Of a DNA stretch of 37,897 nucleotides, positions 1-9,663 are shown piece by piece. The notes below the pieces were generated by a model that searched no databases, was not told the origin of the DNA, and saw only the letters and a program-made list of their open reading frames with translations. This stretch comes from a virus (lineage: Duplodnaviria; Caudoviricetes): positions 1-37,897 of IMG/VR virus record IMGVR_UViG_3300033562_001313; one strand, written 5' to 3'. Every line of letters begins with the position of its first letter. Position 1 is the first letter of the stretch. Both the position numbers and the translations under genes were made by a program.

Positions 1-41
1 ATCGGCAACGATACCTTATTATTGGTGCTGAAAGTTCCGCC

Positions 42-126
42 ATGGCCAAACTGCCACCAAACGACCTGGTTTCCCTGCTGCTGGCCATCGGCCTCATCCT
101 TATCCTGTCGCGTGTCGCCTCGGAGG
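42..126 (+). pseudogene. Host gene 5' fragment interrupted by the phage; resembles the N-terminus of a cation:proton antiporter
   Basis: ATG at 42 reads MAKLPPNDLVSLLLAIGLILILSRVASE, a hydrophobic first TM helix, and runs into the phage TG end at 127. Confidence 0.5.
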
Positions 127-290
127 TGTAGCGCGCCGCAAGGTTTGGGACCATTTATCGAAAGGTTTGGGACCACTTTTGCAACAAAAAAAAGGCCTCC
201 TCTGGCTCGTGAGAGGAGGCCTTTTTTTGACCTTTGAGGGGCCCCATTAAATGAGGCTTAAAAACAAATGTTTTAAGTTATTTTGGGACC
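127..290. repeat. Tail-proximal phage end with putative transposase-binding sites
   Basis: AAGGTTTGGGACCA at 140-153 and 162-175 (22-bp period); a third TTTGGGACC at 282-290. Confidence 0.8.
186..228. terminator. Bidirectional intrinsic terminator
   Basis: A8-GGCCTCCTCT-loop-AGAGGAGGCC-T7. Confidence 0.85.
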
Positions 291-793
291 TCAACGACGA
301 ACGGTTCAACGACGACAGGATCAACAGTTTTGGGAGTGATCGATGAGACTGTGTCAGAACCTGTTGCGTGGGATTCGTTTCTTATAAATGAATCTGTAAC
401 AGTTGCGTTGTCACCGATAGTGGTATTTCCGGCGGCAGCTATGCCAGCCTTGGCAACGGAATTAACCGCCCAGATGGCCGCACCAAGGGGGGCTTGTTTG
501 ACACCCTCCAGGACAACCCCTTCCCACGTTAGCGGCGGCGCCTCTTTGTACTCGTCCGGCCGTATTTGGCTGATGCTCATCATTGCAAGGGCTTGTTTAA
601 AGGCAGCCGCTTCGGAAGTCTGCGCCGGTTGAGCGGCTATACTCCTGATTGCTTCAGATTGTGCAGCGATCCGTTGTGTGTCTGATTCTTTAAATGCAAT
701 TCTGGCCCCGGTATGGCTTTCGTAATTGCCTTTTCCCATGAGACCGCACCCGGACATTGCAAGAAGCAAACACAAAACCATTATATTTTTCAT
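278..793 (-). CDS. Predicted lipoprotein (accessory; possible exclusion or lysis function)
   Basis: MKNIMVLCLLLAMSG|C lipobox; RBS GGAGG; overlaps upstream gene by ATGA. Confidence 0.75.
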   Translation of the reverse strand: MKNIMVLCLLLAMSGCGLMGKGNYESHTGARIAFKESDTQRIAAQSEAIRSIAAQPAQTSEAAAFKQALAMMSISQIRPDEYKEAPPLTWEGVVLEGVKQAPLGAAIWAVNSVAKAGIAAAGNTTIGDNATVTDSFIRNESHATGSDTVSSITPKTVDPVVVEPFVVEVPK

Positions 794-1155
794 TTATCCT
801 CCAAGAGCGAATAGGTTTCACGGGCAATAGCCACAGCCTTGGTGGGGATATCTTCGTAGCCAAGGCGGTCCTGGGCGGCCAGACCGGTGAGAGCTGCTCC
901 GGCGAGCGCAAGAAGAGATGCTTCCTTGCTCGGTGTCGCTTCGGCGGCAGCTATCAGCGCGGTTTCTCCTTTGGCCCGCACGTAGTCCATGCACATTTTA
1001 TCAAAGGATTTTTTGTCAATAAATATTGCCGCCTCCGCCGGCATCGCCTTCAAATTAACCGGCCTTGAGCTGGTTTGTGTTACAGCGAGAGTCAGACCGT
1101 TCACTTCGTCGATTATGGATATAAATCCCTTGTCATTCCAGAGTATCTTTTTCAT
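790..1155 (-). CDS. Hypothetical phage protein
   Basis: 121-aa ORF in operon context, coupled to the downstream gene. Confidence 0.7.
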   Translation of the reverse strand: MKKILWNDKGFISIIDEVNGLTLAVTQTSSRPVNLKAMPAEAAIFIDKKSFDKMCMDYVRAKGETALIAAAEATPSKEASLLALAGAALTGLAAQDRLGYEDIPTKAVAIARETYSLLEDK

Positions 1156-1187
1156 TTTTTTTTTATTCCCCCATTAAATAACTTGTT

Positions 1188-1541
1188 TCACAGATACTCT
1201 CTGCGTAAAATCCTATCGTACTCAGATTGCGTTAGAGCACCGATTGCAAGCAAGTATTGCATCCCAACCTGCGGTCCCCATTCTAAATCGTCGAAATCAA
1301 TAACGGATGCACGATCAATTTTTTTCACGAGCAATTCACATACCGGGTCAGTCTTGGCAAGTGTCAGAAGCTGCACCATGTTTGCATCTCCAACGAGTTG
1401 CATGAAAGCCAATCCAGACATTTGCGTTGGTGGCTCTTGCGAAACCACTTCTGCCCTGACCAATTCTCGAATTGTTGCCCCACTCGTGAGAGTCGTTATT
1501 TTATACTCCTCACTATTTATGGTTTCAAAAGTCACGCTCAT
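1188..1541 (-). CDS. Small tail-associated protein (possible fibre chaperone)
   Basis: TAATG coupling to upstream gene; position at end of tail operon. Confidence 0.6.
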   Translation of the reverse strand: MSVTFETINSEEYKITTLTSGATIRELVRAEVVSQEPPTQMSGLAFMQLVGDANMVQLLTLAKTDPVCELLVKKIDRASVIDFDDLEWGPQVGMQYLLAIGALTQSEYDRILRREYL

Positions 1542-2002
1542 TAATGCACCTCATAATTTACGATGGCAGATACTTTATCTGTTTCTGTTATTGAAGATGA
1601 TACTTCAACAGAGAAGGAACTGTTAAAGTATACAGGAGAAGCAGGTTTTGCGTAATCGACACTGCCATTAAAATACCCACCTGCACCTACAGCATATATT
1701 CCATAGCTATCACTCCCAAATGCTGATGATACAGATTGGAATACAATTACTCCGTCAATTGTTAATTTTATGCCAACAAGCCGACTGGTCGTGTCTTCTC
1801 TATTAACTCCGGCAAAAGTAATGCAACCACTCCCTGTAACAGATAAAACAGATTTGTAAGTGTTTGCTGTCAACGCACCAGAGAGAAACTTTTTCCCTGA
1901 TGAATCAATAATAAAGACAGACGGGGTTGATCCTATTGAAAAGGCATTGATAATCTGTATTGGAGGAGATCCCCTGAAAACAAAATCTGTTAATTTACTC
2001 AT
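1541..2002 (-). CDS. Beta-rich tail/receptor-binding accessory protein
   Basis: Ser/Thr/Gly/Val-rich 153 aa, AT-rich, coupled to the fibre gene. Confidence 0.6.
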   Translation of the reverse strand: MSKLTDFVFRGSPPIQIINAFSIGSTPSVFIIDSSGKKFLSGALTANTYKSVLSVTGSGCITFAGVNREDTTSRLVGIKLTIDGVIVFQSVSSAFGSDSYGIYAVGAGGYFNGSVDYAKPASPVYFNSSFSVEVSSSITETDKVSAIVNYEVH

Positions 2003-2700
2003 TTAATTATCCTCCAACCGATAGTCGAATCGACATAAATAAGCGTTATAAAGGAGTCTATGTTGAGCACAAGATCCTCCTCAAGCCTCATTATTTTTTT
2101 ACCATTACGGCCCAATGTGCAGTTATTCGTTGCGAACGTCCCGGCATAATCACCTACGTGTACCATTTGACCGGAAACTGGATTTGCCGGCAGTGTCCCG
2201 GTGATTGCCCCTGACGTGGTGTCGACCATGTAAACGATATCGACGGCAATCTGGAAGTTTGCTGTCTTGATGTTTGCGGTCGGCGATGAGATAGTCAATT
2301 TAAACCAGTTGCCGGTCGTCGATCCTATGGGGTTATCTCCGACGACTCCAGAGCCAACACAACGATATGTCCCGCCGTCCGTGCAGACGACACATGTCGG
2401 GAAAGAATAGCTCGTTGAGCCGCTGTATGTGGTAGCGTTCGCCGCTGCCAGGGCAAGAGTTGCGGCTGATGCAGCATCCGACAAACTATCAAGAGCACTC
2501 GCGGCACTCGCGGCGGCGTCGGCGGCATCGTCTGCCACATCACTGGCCAGGCTGTTTGCCTCTCCGGCAAAGGTGTTGATATACCCGCCAAGAGCGGCGA
2601 TATACGTCAGCATTGCGGCAATATTCGTGTTAAACGTGGCCGCCGCCTGAGTGCGTAATGGGACGGTCCCGGTGTATGTGGTAATGGGGTTTATTGTCAT
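1999..2700 (-). CDS. Short tail fibre-like protein
   Basis: N-terminal PLRT..ATF anchor, Ala-rich coil, C-terminal YMVDTTSGAITGTLPANP...TFATNNCTLGRNG module typical of phage fibres. Confidence 0.7.
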   Translation of the reverse strand: MTINPITTYTGTVPLRTQAAATFNTNIAAMLTYIAALGGYINTFAGEANSLASDVADDAADAAASAASALDSLSDAASAATLALAAANATTYSGSTSYSFPTCVVCTDGGTYRCVGSGVVGDNPIGSTTGNWFKLTISSPTANIKTANFQIAVDIVYMVDTTSGAITGTLPANPVSGQMVHVGDYAGTFATNNCTLGRNGKKIMRLEEDLVLNIDSFITLIYVDSTIGWRIIK

Positions 2701-3671
2701 CAGGCTATTTCCTCAACTTGGATGGAACATGAAGAGCGAGTGGGCCCGCTCAGAACAACGGCAAAATCCGTCATAAGTCCAAAAAGTATAGTTTCTGGGT
2801 TATTTTCATGGCCGACAAAGACAGCGGGCGCGGCGCTTATCGTCGCCAGGGATTTGGCCAGTGCGTTTATCTTTGGTGTTTCGATGATGCAATCATAACT
2901 GCAGGTCCGATGGTATGGCCGGGGGTCAATCGTCGCGATACCGAAATCATCAAATTCTTTCACGGAATAATCATTGATATCGATTTTCGAGCCGTAAAGC
3001 AGGACGCCGACCGGCAAAATCTTTCCAACCACCATTTCCCCTATCCTCGCTGTTTCTCCCGTGTTTGTGGCGACAACCGTTATGGTAGCAGATGGATAAG
3101 CTGGGAGATCGGTTAAAACAACATCGCCGGTGGTTGTTGGTGGGGCAAAAAACCATTCGTAAAAATCAATTATGCCGGACAAATCCATCAAAGATGCGGA
3201 ATAACTATATACCACGCCCTCAACAGGATCAGTAACCGTGACGCTGATCGTATCGGCATCAAGATTGAGCAGGGCGAGCGAATTGAACAGTTCGCCTGGT
3301 GTGACGGTTACGGTAATGTCTGTTGCACGGTAGGTCTGCGCCCGGCTGCGGTTGCTGAACATGGCCCAGCGGTTACATGGCCCGAGATCAAGCCAGTAGG
3401 ATTTATAGCGGCCGTCGGTTGATGGAGAGGCAACCATTTTTTCCCGCCTGGTGACTGAATATGTGGCCGGTGGCTGATTGGTCGATGTTACATAGTCTTC
3501 GATTGGCGGCAACAACTGGTATTCATGGAGAGAGCCGTCGGCATGTGGCGATACCACGTACGCTGATGGAGAGTAGGTTGTGCCCATGGTCCATGTAGTA
3601 TAGGACGACGCGGCAACATTGGTTGCTGTCAGTTTGGCGACTGTAATCTTTATGGGGATTATCGCAAACAT
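2700..3671 (-). CDS. Tail tip/distal tail protein
   Basis: Immediately follows the tape measure gene; WLDLGPCNRWAMF and DYSVKEFDDFG motifs of the kind seen in sipho tail proteins. Confidence 0.65.
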   Translation of the reverse strand: MFAIIPIKITVAKLTATNVAASSYTTWTMGTTYSPSAYVVSPHADGSLHEYQLLPPIEDYVTSTNQPPATYSVTRREKMVASPSTDGRYKSYWLDLGPCNRWAMFSNRSRAQTYRATDITVTVTPGELFNSLALLNLDADTISVTVTDPVEGVVYSYSASLMDLSGIIDFYEWFFAPPTTTGDVVLTDLPAYPSATITVVATNTGETARIGEMVVGKILPVGVLLYGSKIDINDYSVKEFDDFGIATIDPRPYHRTCSYDCIIETPKINALAKSLATISAAPAVFVGHENNPETILFGLMTDFAVVLSGPTRSSCSIQVEEIA

Positions 3672-6600
3672 TATGCCCTCGCCCCCAAGCCTTCGCGGTC
3701 AAATTTAGTGAGCATTTTAGCGGTCGCCTGCGTATGTTTGGCTATGGTAAAGAGAGCACTGTTTAAAGTATCCAGAGCGTCTTTGACATCTGTTGAGCTG
3801 ACTGTCGCCCCGCCGAATTGTCCATTACGAATAGAAGCTGAGAGTATCTTCATCGTGTCGGCGTCGAGAACGCCTTCGCCGAGCTTGAGCGCTCCCCATC
3901 CGTCATCACCACGGGGAATGATAAGCCGGTTGACTATGCCACCTCTTGCCCAATTACTAGGATCTGGATCGCCTTCGCCAAAACCGACATCACCTTCGTT
4001 ACTTTCCTCGCCATCCTCGCCATCGTCATCCATGAACCCATCAAACATATCGCCGATAGCATCGGCGATATCGCCGATCATGCCGCCGATAGCATCAGCA
4101 AATCCACCGAGAGTTCCGGCACTCTCAAATCCCGTGCTGGCAAGTTCTTTTTGCATAAATGCTGCTTGTTCATGGGTCAAAGAACCATTTTCAACCATGT
4201 CCCGAATGCTTTCAAACGACCTGTCGTTAAGGGCATCGCCCAACAAATCACCTACCCAGCTACCAAGGAGTCCACCGAGTGCCCCTATTGCTCCAATAGC
4301 CATACCAGGCAAACCAAGCCCGGCAAGTCCAATCATGGTAAGTCCCTTACCAGCAGCAGAACCAAAACTTCCATAAGCTGACGGTTCTGGCGAATATGCA
4401 GACACCGCCGTATCAACCAGTGAAGATCCCATTATACCCACCATGTTTTGTGGACTTACTACCCCAGAAACCACATCATTAATGTCCACCTGCCCGGTGA
4501 GTGCTCCGATGATACCGGCAATCGATTGTCCCTGGATCTTCCCACCCATACTTGCAGCAACAGCGCCGTTGTTTTCTTCTCCCCATCCATAAGCGTCATA
4601 GTTCTCCGTCGCATCAAGCAATCCGCCCCAGTTATCGGGGCCGTTGTTGCCCATATTTGAGCGGATATCCTCGGCAACCCATGCCGGAATAACCATTTCC
4701 CCTTTCTGCAGGATAGATGGAACCTCATCGTCTTTCAGGCTCCAGATACCAGCATGGTAAATATCCCAACCCTCGAACATATTGCCGATAGCAGACACCG
4801 ACCAGTTGATAGCCATCTCGGCAACGACATCGCCCATTTTCATGAGCATGGAATCCCAGAGAGCGCCCCATGCCCCTTCAATGCCGCCGAACTCTTCTAC
4901 AAATGCCTTGCCGAGTTCGGTTTTTATGGTCTTGCTGGTTTCCGCCCATGCTTCTTCAAGTGCTGTGAGTTCGATAAAATGCTCTTGATTGGCTAGGGTC
5001 AATTCGTGCAGATGATTGGCTACAGTATCGCGTTCTTGTAGTTTGGCGGCAAGGCTGCGCTCCTGATCCTTACGGACGATTTCTTCTTCATTGAGCCTGT
5101 GCCATTCGGCAACCTCAGTTTGCAACGCCTTATCATCACCGGCTTCTTTCAGTTTGGCCTGGTATTTTGCTTCAAGGCGAGCCAGTTCGTTCGCAAGCTG
5201 AGTGTTTCCGGTGTTTTCAAAGAAGACTGCCATCTCTTCGCGGAGGGCAGTTTGTTTGGTGGTATCCTCGGCAAATTTTGCGGTCTTGATATCCTCCAAA
5301 GCAACGAAGGTGTCTTTCATTCCTTCAAGCCGTTTTTGTTCGTCGGCGGAATACATATTGCCGAACCGCCGAGCCTCGTCGAGCTTGACCTTGTAATAGG
5401 CTGTTATCTTGTCCTGTGTTGCCTTGCTAGCTCCCTCCATCTTGCGCATTTCGGCGATTTCATCGGCCAGCTTTTGGATGGAATAGTCGTAGCGTGATAG
5501 GGTAGCCTTGTTGAGTTCGTCGGTGAGTTTTGCCTCAAGCTGGGCTATCTCTTCGACGTGTTTTTTATGTGCTTCGGCCTGCTTTTTCAGGCTGTCTTCT
5601 TTCTCTTTTGCCGCTTTTTCTTCACGTTCGGTCTTTTCTTTATAGATTTTATCTTCGGCGGCGCTGATCTCTTTGGCGTTGTTTTTCTGCAGTGTGCCGT
5701 AAACTTCCCAGGCATCTTTGACCCTGGTGAGGCCTTGCTCAGTCGTCGTCAGCGATTCCTTGGCGGCCTGCCCGGCCTTCTGCCAGCTGTCGACATACCC
5801 GGTTTTGATGACTGCCGCTAAATTCTCAGTGACTTCCTGCTGGAGTTCCAGTGCGGCGATCTGCTCGTTTATGGTGGCGACTTCCCGGCGCATGGCCGCC
5901 TCACCCTCGGCGGTTATATGCCATGAGGAGGAAACCTCGTTGCGCTTGGCGATAAGATCGGCAATCTGATCCTTGATGAAGGCCGTACCATTACCAACCT
6001 CCTGCTGCCAGGCCTTCATCTCCTCTTTGCTGGCACTCAGCCAGTCAAAGATGGTTTTGTCGGAGGAGGCGGCGACGATGGCCAGGCCCTGCACCGATCT
6101 GATGATATTGCCGACGCCTTCAACAGCCATGGCCGAGCCCTGCATAATGCCGGTGAACAGGCCAAGGATAGCTGTCTTATTTTGTTCCACCTGGGCGGTG
6201 AGATCTTGAATGCCTTTGACGATGCCGCCGGTCGAGTCGCTCGCTTTATCGGCTTCGTGGACATAGGTCTGTATGACCGTCCCGAGATCGGTCCAGGCCT
6301 GGCCGATGGTGGTTTTCATCTGGGAGAATTCGCGCTGTATGGCCTCTTTCTGCGAAAGCAAAGCACGGGTAACAACCTCTGATGTGAGTTGCCCGGTATT
6401 GGCCATCTCGCGCAACTGGCCAATATTGACCCCTAGCCCATCGGCCATGGCCTTGGCCAGGCGTGGGGTCTGTTCCATGACCGAGTTGAATTCCTCGCCG
6501 CGGAGCACTCCTGACCCAAGGCCCTGGCTCAATTGCTGCAGCGCCGCCGCCGATTCGGTGGCGGAAGAGCCGGAGACGATCAGCGCTTGGTTGATGGTCT

Positions 6601-7003
6601 CGGTTACCTGCAGGGTGGAGGCCTGGGAGAAGCCCAGGGCCTCGGTGGCCCTGGCCATTCTGGTATAGAGGTCAATGGTATCTTTCTGGCTGATATGGGT
6701 GCGCAGACTGATATCGTAGAGGGATTTTTGTACGGTGTTAAGATTTTCGCTGCTGGTTGTTACCAGCTTGAGGCGTGATTCAAGCTGGGTATAGGTGTCC
6801 ATGACATCGATCACCTGCTTGCCGAGTGCCCCCAGGGCAATGGCGCCGATGGTATTACGCAGGGAACCGAAGGCCTGGTCCATGCCGGAGGCGGCTTTTT
6901 TGCCCTTGTCGCCTGCGTCGGTCAGCTCGCTGCCCAGTTTTTTAATCTGGATGGAGCCTTTATCATCGACGTCGATGCGGATATTGAGGGTGCTTGTGTT
7001 CAT
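3671..7003 (-). CDS. Tail tape measure protein
   Basis: 1110 aa; QLSQGLGSGVLRGEEFNSVMEQTP tape-measure domain, coiled coil, Gly-rich hydrophobic C-terminus. Confidence 0.93.
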   Translation of the reverse strand: MNTSTLNIRIDVDDKGSIQIKKLGSELTDAGDKGKKAASGMDQAFGSLRNTIGAIALGALGKQVIDVMDTYTQLESRLKLVTTSSENLNTVQKSLYDISLRTHISQKDTIDLYTRMARATEALGFSQASTLQVTETINQALIVSGSSATESAAALQQLSQGLGSGVLRGEEFNSVMEQTPRLAKAMADGLGVNIGQLREMANTGQLTSEVVTRALLSQKEAIQREFSQMKTTIGQAWTDLGTVIQTYVHEADKASDSTGGIVKGIQDLTAQVEQNKTAILGLFTGIMQGSAMAVEGVGNIIRSVQGLAIVAASSDKTIFDWLSASKEEMKAWQQEVGNGTAFIKDQIADLIAKRNEVSSSWHITAEGEAAMRREVATINEQIAALELQQEVTENLAAVIKTGYVDSWQKAGQAAKESLTTTEQGLTRVKDAWEVYGTLQKNNAKEISAAEDKIYKEKTEREEKAAKEKEDSLKKQAEAHKKHVEEIAQLEAKLTDELNKATLSRYDYSIQKLADEIAEMRKMEGASKATQDKITAYYKVKLDEARRFGNMYSADEQKRLEGMKDTFVALEDIKTAKFAEDTTKQTALREEMAVFFENTGNTQLANELARLEAKYQAKLKEAGDDKALQTEVAEWHRLNEEEIVRKDQERSLAAKLQERDTVANHLHELTLANQEHFIELTALEEAWAETSKTIKTELGKAFVEEFGGIEGAWGALWDSMLMKMGDVVAEMAINWSVSAIGNMFEGWDIYHAGIWSLKDDEVPSILQKGEMVIPAWVAEDIRSNMGNNGPDNWGGLLDATENYDAYGWGEENNGAVAASMGGKIQGQSIAGIIGALTGQVDINDVVSGVVSPQNMVGIMGSSLVDTAVSAYSPEPSAYGSFGSAAGKGLTMIGLAGLGLPGMAIGAIGALGGLLGSWVGDLLGDALNDRSFESIRDMVENGSLTHEQAAFMQKELASTGFESAGTLGGFADAIGGMIGDIADAIGDMFDGFMDDDGEDGEESNEGDVGFGEGDPDPSNWARGGIVNRLIIPRGDDGWGALKLGEGVLDADTMKILSASIRNGQFGGATVSSTDVKDALDTLNSALFTIAKHTQATAKMLTKFDREGLGARA

Positions 7004-7293
7004 TTTTTCGTCATCAGCGGACAGGTTTGATGGGGCTTCAATGCCTCTTTTATACGGCCTAGATCAATCCATTCTTCAAGGGTCAGATCATTTTTTTCAA
7101 ACGGGAAGCCGCCGCGCTGCAGCTCGAACAGGTTGAGCAGTTTGCAGGTGTAGGGGTGCAGCGAGTCCGGTTGCTTCTTTGGGCATTGTTTACAGGTCCA
7201 TGCTAAATTTTCCTTGCCGACCTCATCAAGGCATGCCGATTGTTCGGCGCTGGTGCATAAGCCCCTCCGGATCGCGGCAAGGTCGGCGGCTAC
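7000..7293 (-). CDS. Tail assembly chaperone T segment, reached by -1 frameshift (G-T fusion)
   Basis: Start-less open -1 frame of 97 codons (VAADLAAIRRGLC...PLMTKK*) after G GGA AAG at 7299-7293; its TGA overlaps the tape measure ATG. Confidence 0.85.
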   Translation of the reverse strand, partial: VAADLAAIRRGLCTSAEQSACLDEVGKENLAWTCKQCPKKQPDSLHPYTCKLLNLFELQRGGFPFEKNDLTLEEWIDLGRIKEALKPHQTCPLMTKK

Positions 7294-7694
7294 TTTCCCT
7301 CAATGTCCTCTGGCACCGATACCGGCCTTTCAATAAACAGCTTGATGCCGAGAGGCGTCACCAGATCCATGGCGTTGTCACGCAGCCATTGCCGCCATTC
7401 CGGATAATAGTTTGCATCTTCCTGCCGCCAGGAGAATGCGACATAACTGCCATCGTCCAGCCTCCGCTCAAAATCGCCAAGACGGAAGCCGATAATCATA
7501 TCGAAGGCAAAGTCCTGCATAATCTCGTCGGCATTGTCGGCGACGATAACTCCGGCAGAGCCCCGGCTGATAACCTTGTTTTTATACTGCAGCCGTTCCT
7601 CTGTGGTCGGTAACCGATAGTACCAGCCGATCGGGGTGTTGCTGATCGGGTCCTTTATCAACAGCGTGTTGAAATCTGAATTTCTGCGTGGCAT
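7290..7694 (-). CDS. Tail assembly chaperone (lambda gpG-like)
   Basis: Between tail tube and tape measure genes; ends ...EGK* on the GGGAAAG slippery site. Confidence 0.85.
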   Translation of the reverse strand: MPRRNSDFNTLLIKDPISNTPIGWYYRLPTTEERLQYKNKVISRGSAGVIVADNADEIMQDFAFDMIIGFRLGDFERRLDDGSYVAFSWRQEDANYYPEWRQWLRDNAMDLVTPLGIKLFIERPVSVPEDIEGK

Positions 7695-7748
7695 AGAATC
7701 ACTTTTTTATGGATGTTTTACCTGGGCGCAATTGCGCCCAAGGGTCCC

Positions 7749-9026
7749 TTACTGGGCGTATCCTGTCTGCAGATTTTTTACCCGGCAGATCACCGAGCCG
7801 TAGGTAGAATCCTCCAGGACCTGGATATTGCCGGTTTCGCCCATGACCTTGCCGTCAACCTTCGGATCAGCGGCGAGCAGGGCCAGTTTCGGGAAGATGA
7901 TTTCCACCTGATATTTATGCGGATCATCATAGAGTGCCCCCTCTGCCAGGAGTCGCAGGCCGAATTGACTGTTGTCGATGGTATGGCGCTGGAAGATGGT
8001 TTCCCGCATCTTGCGGTCGATGGTAATGGATTGCTCACGGCCCTCACGGTAGGCACCGGAGGCATAGGCGCCGTCTGATCCGGGGAAAAACTCGATCGCC
8101 AGCTTGTTGGAAAACTTCCACTCGATACTGCCGATCTCAGACGACAGGGTTCGGCCACCGCTAAAGGTGGTACCGTTCCAGGTGCCGCCCATATTGACCT
8201 GCAGCTGCGAGACGCGCAGCGGGGTTTCCTGCACCTTGGCCGGGAAGGTAAAGGCTGCAGCCTCGGTCGGGGTGTAGAGGATCTTGTAGTTGACGGCGGT
8301 GGCCGTTCCGGCCGGGGCGGTGATGGTGATGACGGCTGGAGTCGCCGAAGAAACTGCCGAATATGCCACCTCGGTCCAAACGCCTGCAGTCAGTTCAACC
8401 CGTATCCTCTGGACGTTATCCAGGCGGTCCTGGGCGGTCGAGCCCTGAACGCCGTTTGCCGCCAGGGTCAGACTGGTGATATTGCCGGCTGCCGAGACGG
8501 TTTCTTCGGTGACGTTGTCGACATAGGCGCCGGTGCCTTTGATATCGGCGGAGAGGGCAACGAAATCATCCTTTTTAAAGCTGGCGGTAAAGCCGTCGAC
8601 AAACATCGACAGGAAGCGGCGTTTGAGGATGGTCTTGCCATAGCGCTGCATGGCGGAAAAGGAGGGCACGGATCGGTCAAGATCGATGTCGCCGGCAATT
8701 GGCGTAATGGTATGCTGATAGCCGCTACCGGCGGCAGCCGGTGTCGAGACCCCGAGGGCATAAGCAAGGACAAAGGCAAAGTGCTGCGGCTGGGCTTTGG
8801 GGAACTTAAAGGCCGCCTGGGAGGTGGCGCCGTTGTCATAGATATAGTCCGGTTCTTCCAGGCCGGTGGCCTCGTCGGAGTTGTTTTGTCGGCGCATGCT
8901 GAGGGCGATGATATCGTCGAGACCGACGGCAAGCGACAGATCAAAGGTCTGTTCGGTATTGATGGCCGTCTCGCGGTTTCCGGCGGAGACGGCAAGCAGG
9001 TTATGATTGGCACGGGTACTAAGCAT
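7749..9026 (-). CDS. Major tail tube protein (non-contractile) with inserted beta domain
   Basis: 425 aa upstream of the chaperones; no sheath gene present; Ala/Thr/Val-rich insertion mid-protein. Confidence 0.75.
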   Translation of the reverse strand: MLSTRANHNLLAVSAGNRETAINTEQTFDLSLAVGLDDIIALSMRRQNNSDEATGLEEPDYIYDNGATSQAAFKFPKAQPQHFAFVLAYALGVSTPAAAGSGYQHTITPIAGDIDLDRSVPSFSAMQRYGKTILKRRFLSMFVDGFTASFKKDDFVALSADIKGTGAYVDNVTEETVSAAGNITSLTLAANGVQGSTAQDRLDNVQRIRVELTAGVWTEVAYSAVSSATPAVITITAPAGTATAVNYKILYTPTEAAAFTFPAKVQETPLRVSQLQVNMGGTWNGTTFSGGRTLSSEIGSIEWKFSNKLAIEFFPGSDGAYASGAYREGREQSITIDRKMRETIFQRHTIDNSQFGLRLLAEGALYDDPHKYQVEIIFPKLALLAADPKVDGKVMGETGNIQVLEDSTYGSVICRVKNLQTGYAQ

Positions 9027-9207
9027 TATTCACCTCCGGTGATTTACTTTTTTTGGCGACAACCGGCTCGGCTACCGGCGCAAACCTGGCGGCCTCTCCT
9101 GGGGGGATGTCGGTGTAGGTTACGCCCGGCAGGTATTCGCGGTTTTCGTAGGGCCCATCGACCACGCGAAACCGTTCCTGCCCGGTCTTTAATCTGAATT
9201 CAGCCAT
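9019..9207 (-). CDS. Small neck/tail protein
   Basis: MAEFRLKTG... start with AAGGAG RBS; position like Mu gp38. Confidence 0.6.
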   Translation of the reverse strand: MAEFRLKTGQERFRVVDGPYENREYLPGVTYTDIPPGEAARFAPVAEPVVAKKSKSPEVNNA

Positions 9208-9221
9208 TGTATTCTCCTTTT

Positions 9222-9662
9222 TTAGACGCTCGACCGTTCCAGGGTGTAAATCATGGTGCGGCTCAGCTTGACTATCCATTGATTGTTTTCGGCCCTGAAT
9301 AATTCACTCGGGCGATCCGGCCCGATCTCCACCCGCTGCACGTCCGTCAGACTGAGGTGGTTATTCCGCAAAAGTCCGGCGGCATCATCGAGCAGCTGAA
9401 AAACGCCGTCCGTACCGCACAGACAGGCCGAGCCGTCACCGGTCATCTTGACAAAACCGACCAGCTCCACCCGTGCCTTCAGCTCCAGCACCTCCCCGGC
9501 CAGCTCCTGCCGGATGGTACCCGCATCCTTTATGCCGATGCAGGGTTGCCGGGTACCGGTCGGCATATAGTTGGCATGCGGGGTGAGATAGCAGTCACTG
9601 CGGCGCTCAAGTTGCGACATGGTCTGCAAAGTGGTCTGGATGGCCGGCAACAGGGTTTTCAT
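9222..9662 (-). CDS. Tail terminator/head-tail joining protein (Mu gp37-like)
   Basis: Size and position after gp36-like gene. Confidence 0.6.
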   Translation of the reverse strand: MKTLLPAIQTTLQTMSQLERRSDCYLTPHANYMPTGTRQPCIGIKDAGTIRQELAGEVLELKARVELVGFVKMTGDGSACLCGTDGVFQLLDDAAGLLRNNHLSLTDVQRVEIGPDRPSELFRAENNQWIVKLSRTMIYTLERSSV

Positions 9663-9663
9663 C

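Noticed and set aside
140-175. Direct repeats that could suggest a mini CRISPR array
   Set aside because: 14-bp repeats with an 8-bp spacer at the phage end; these fit transposase-binding sites
22-237. 71-aa plus-strand ORF
   Set aside because: Spans the host/phage junction, end repeats and terminator; the frame starting at ATG 42 is the more plausible host gene
7028-7042. TGAAGCCCCATCA resembling the late-promoter dyad upstream of the tape measure gene
   Set aside because: Different spacing, no -10 at 25 nt, and explained by the T-frame coding sequence
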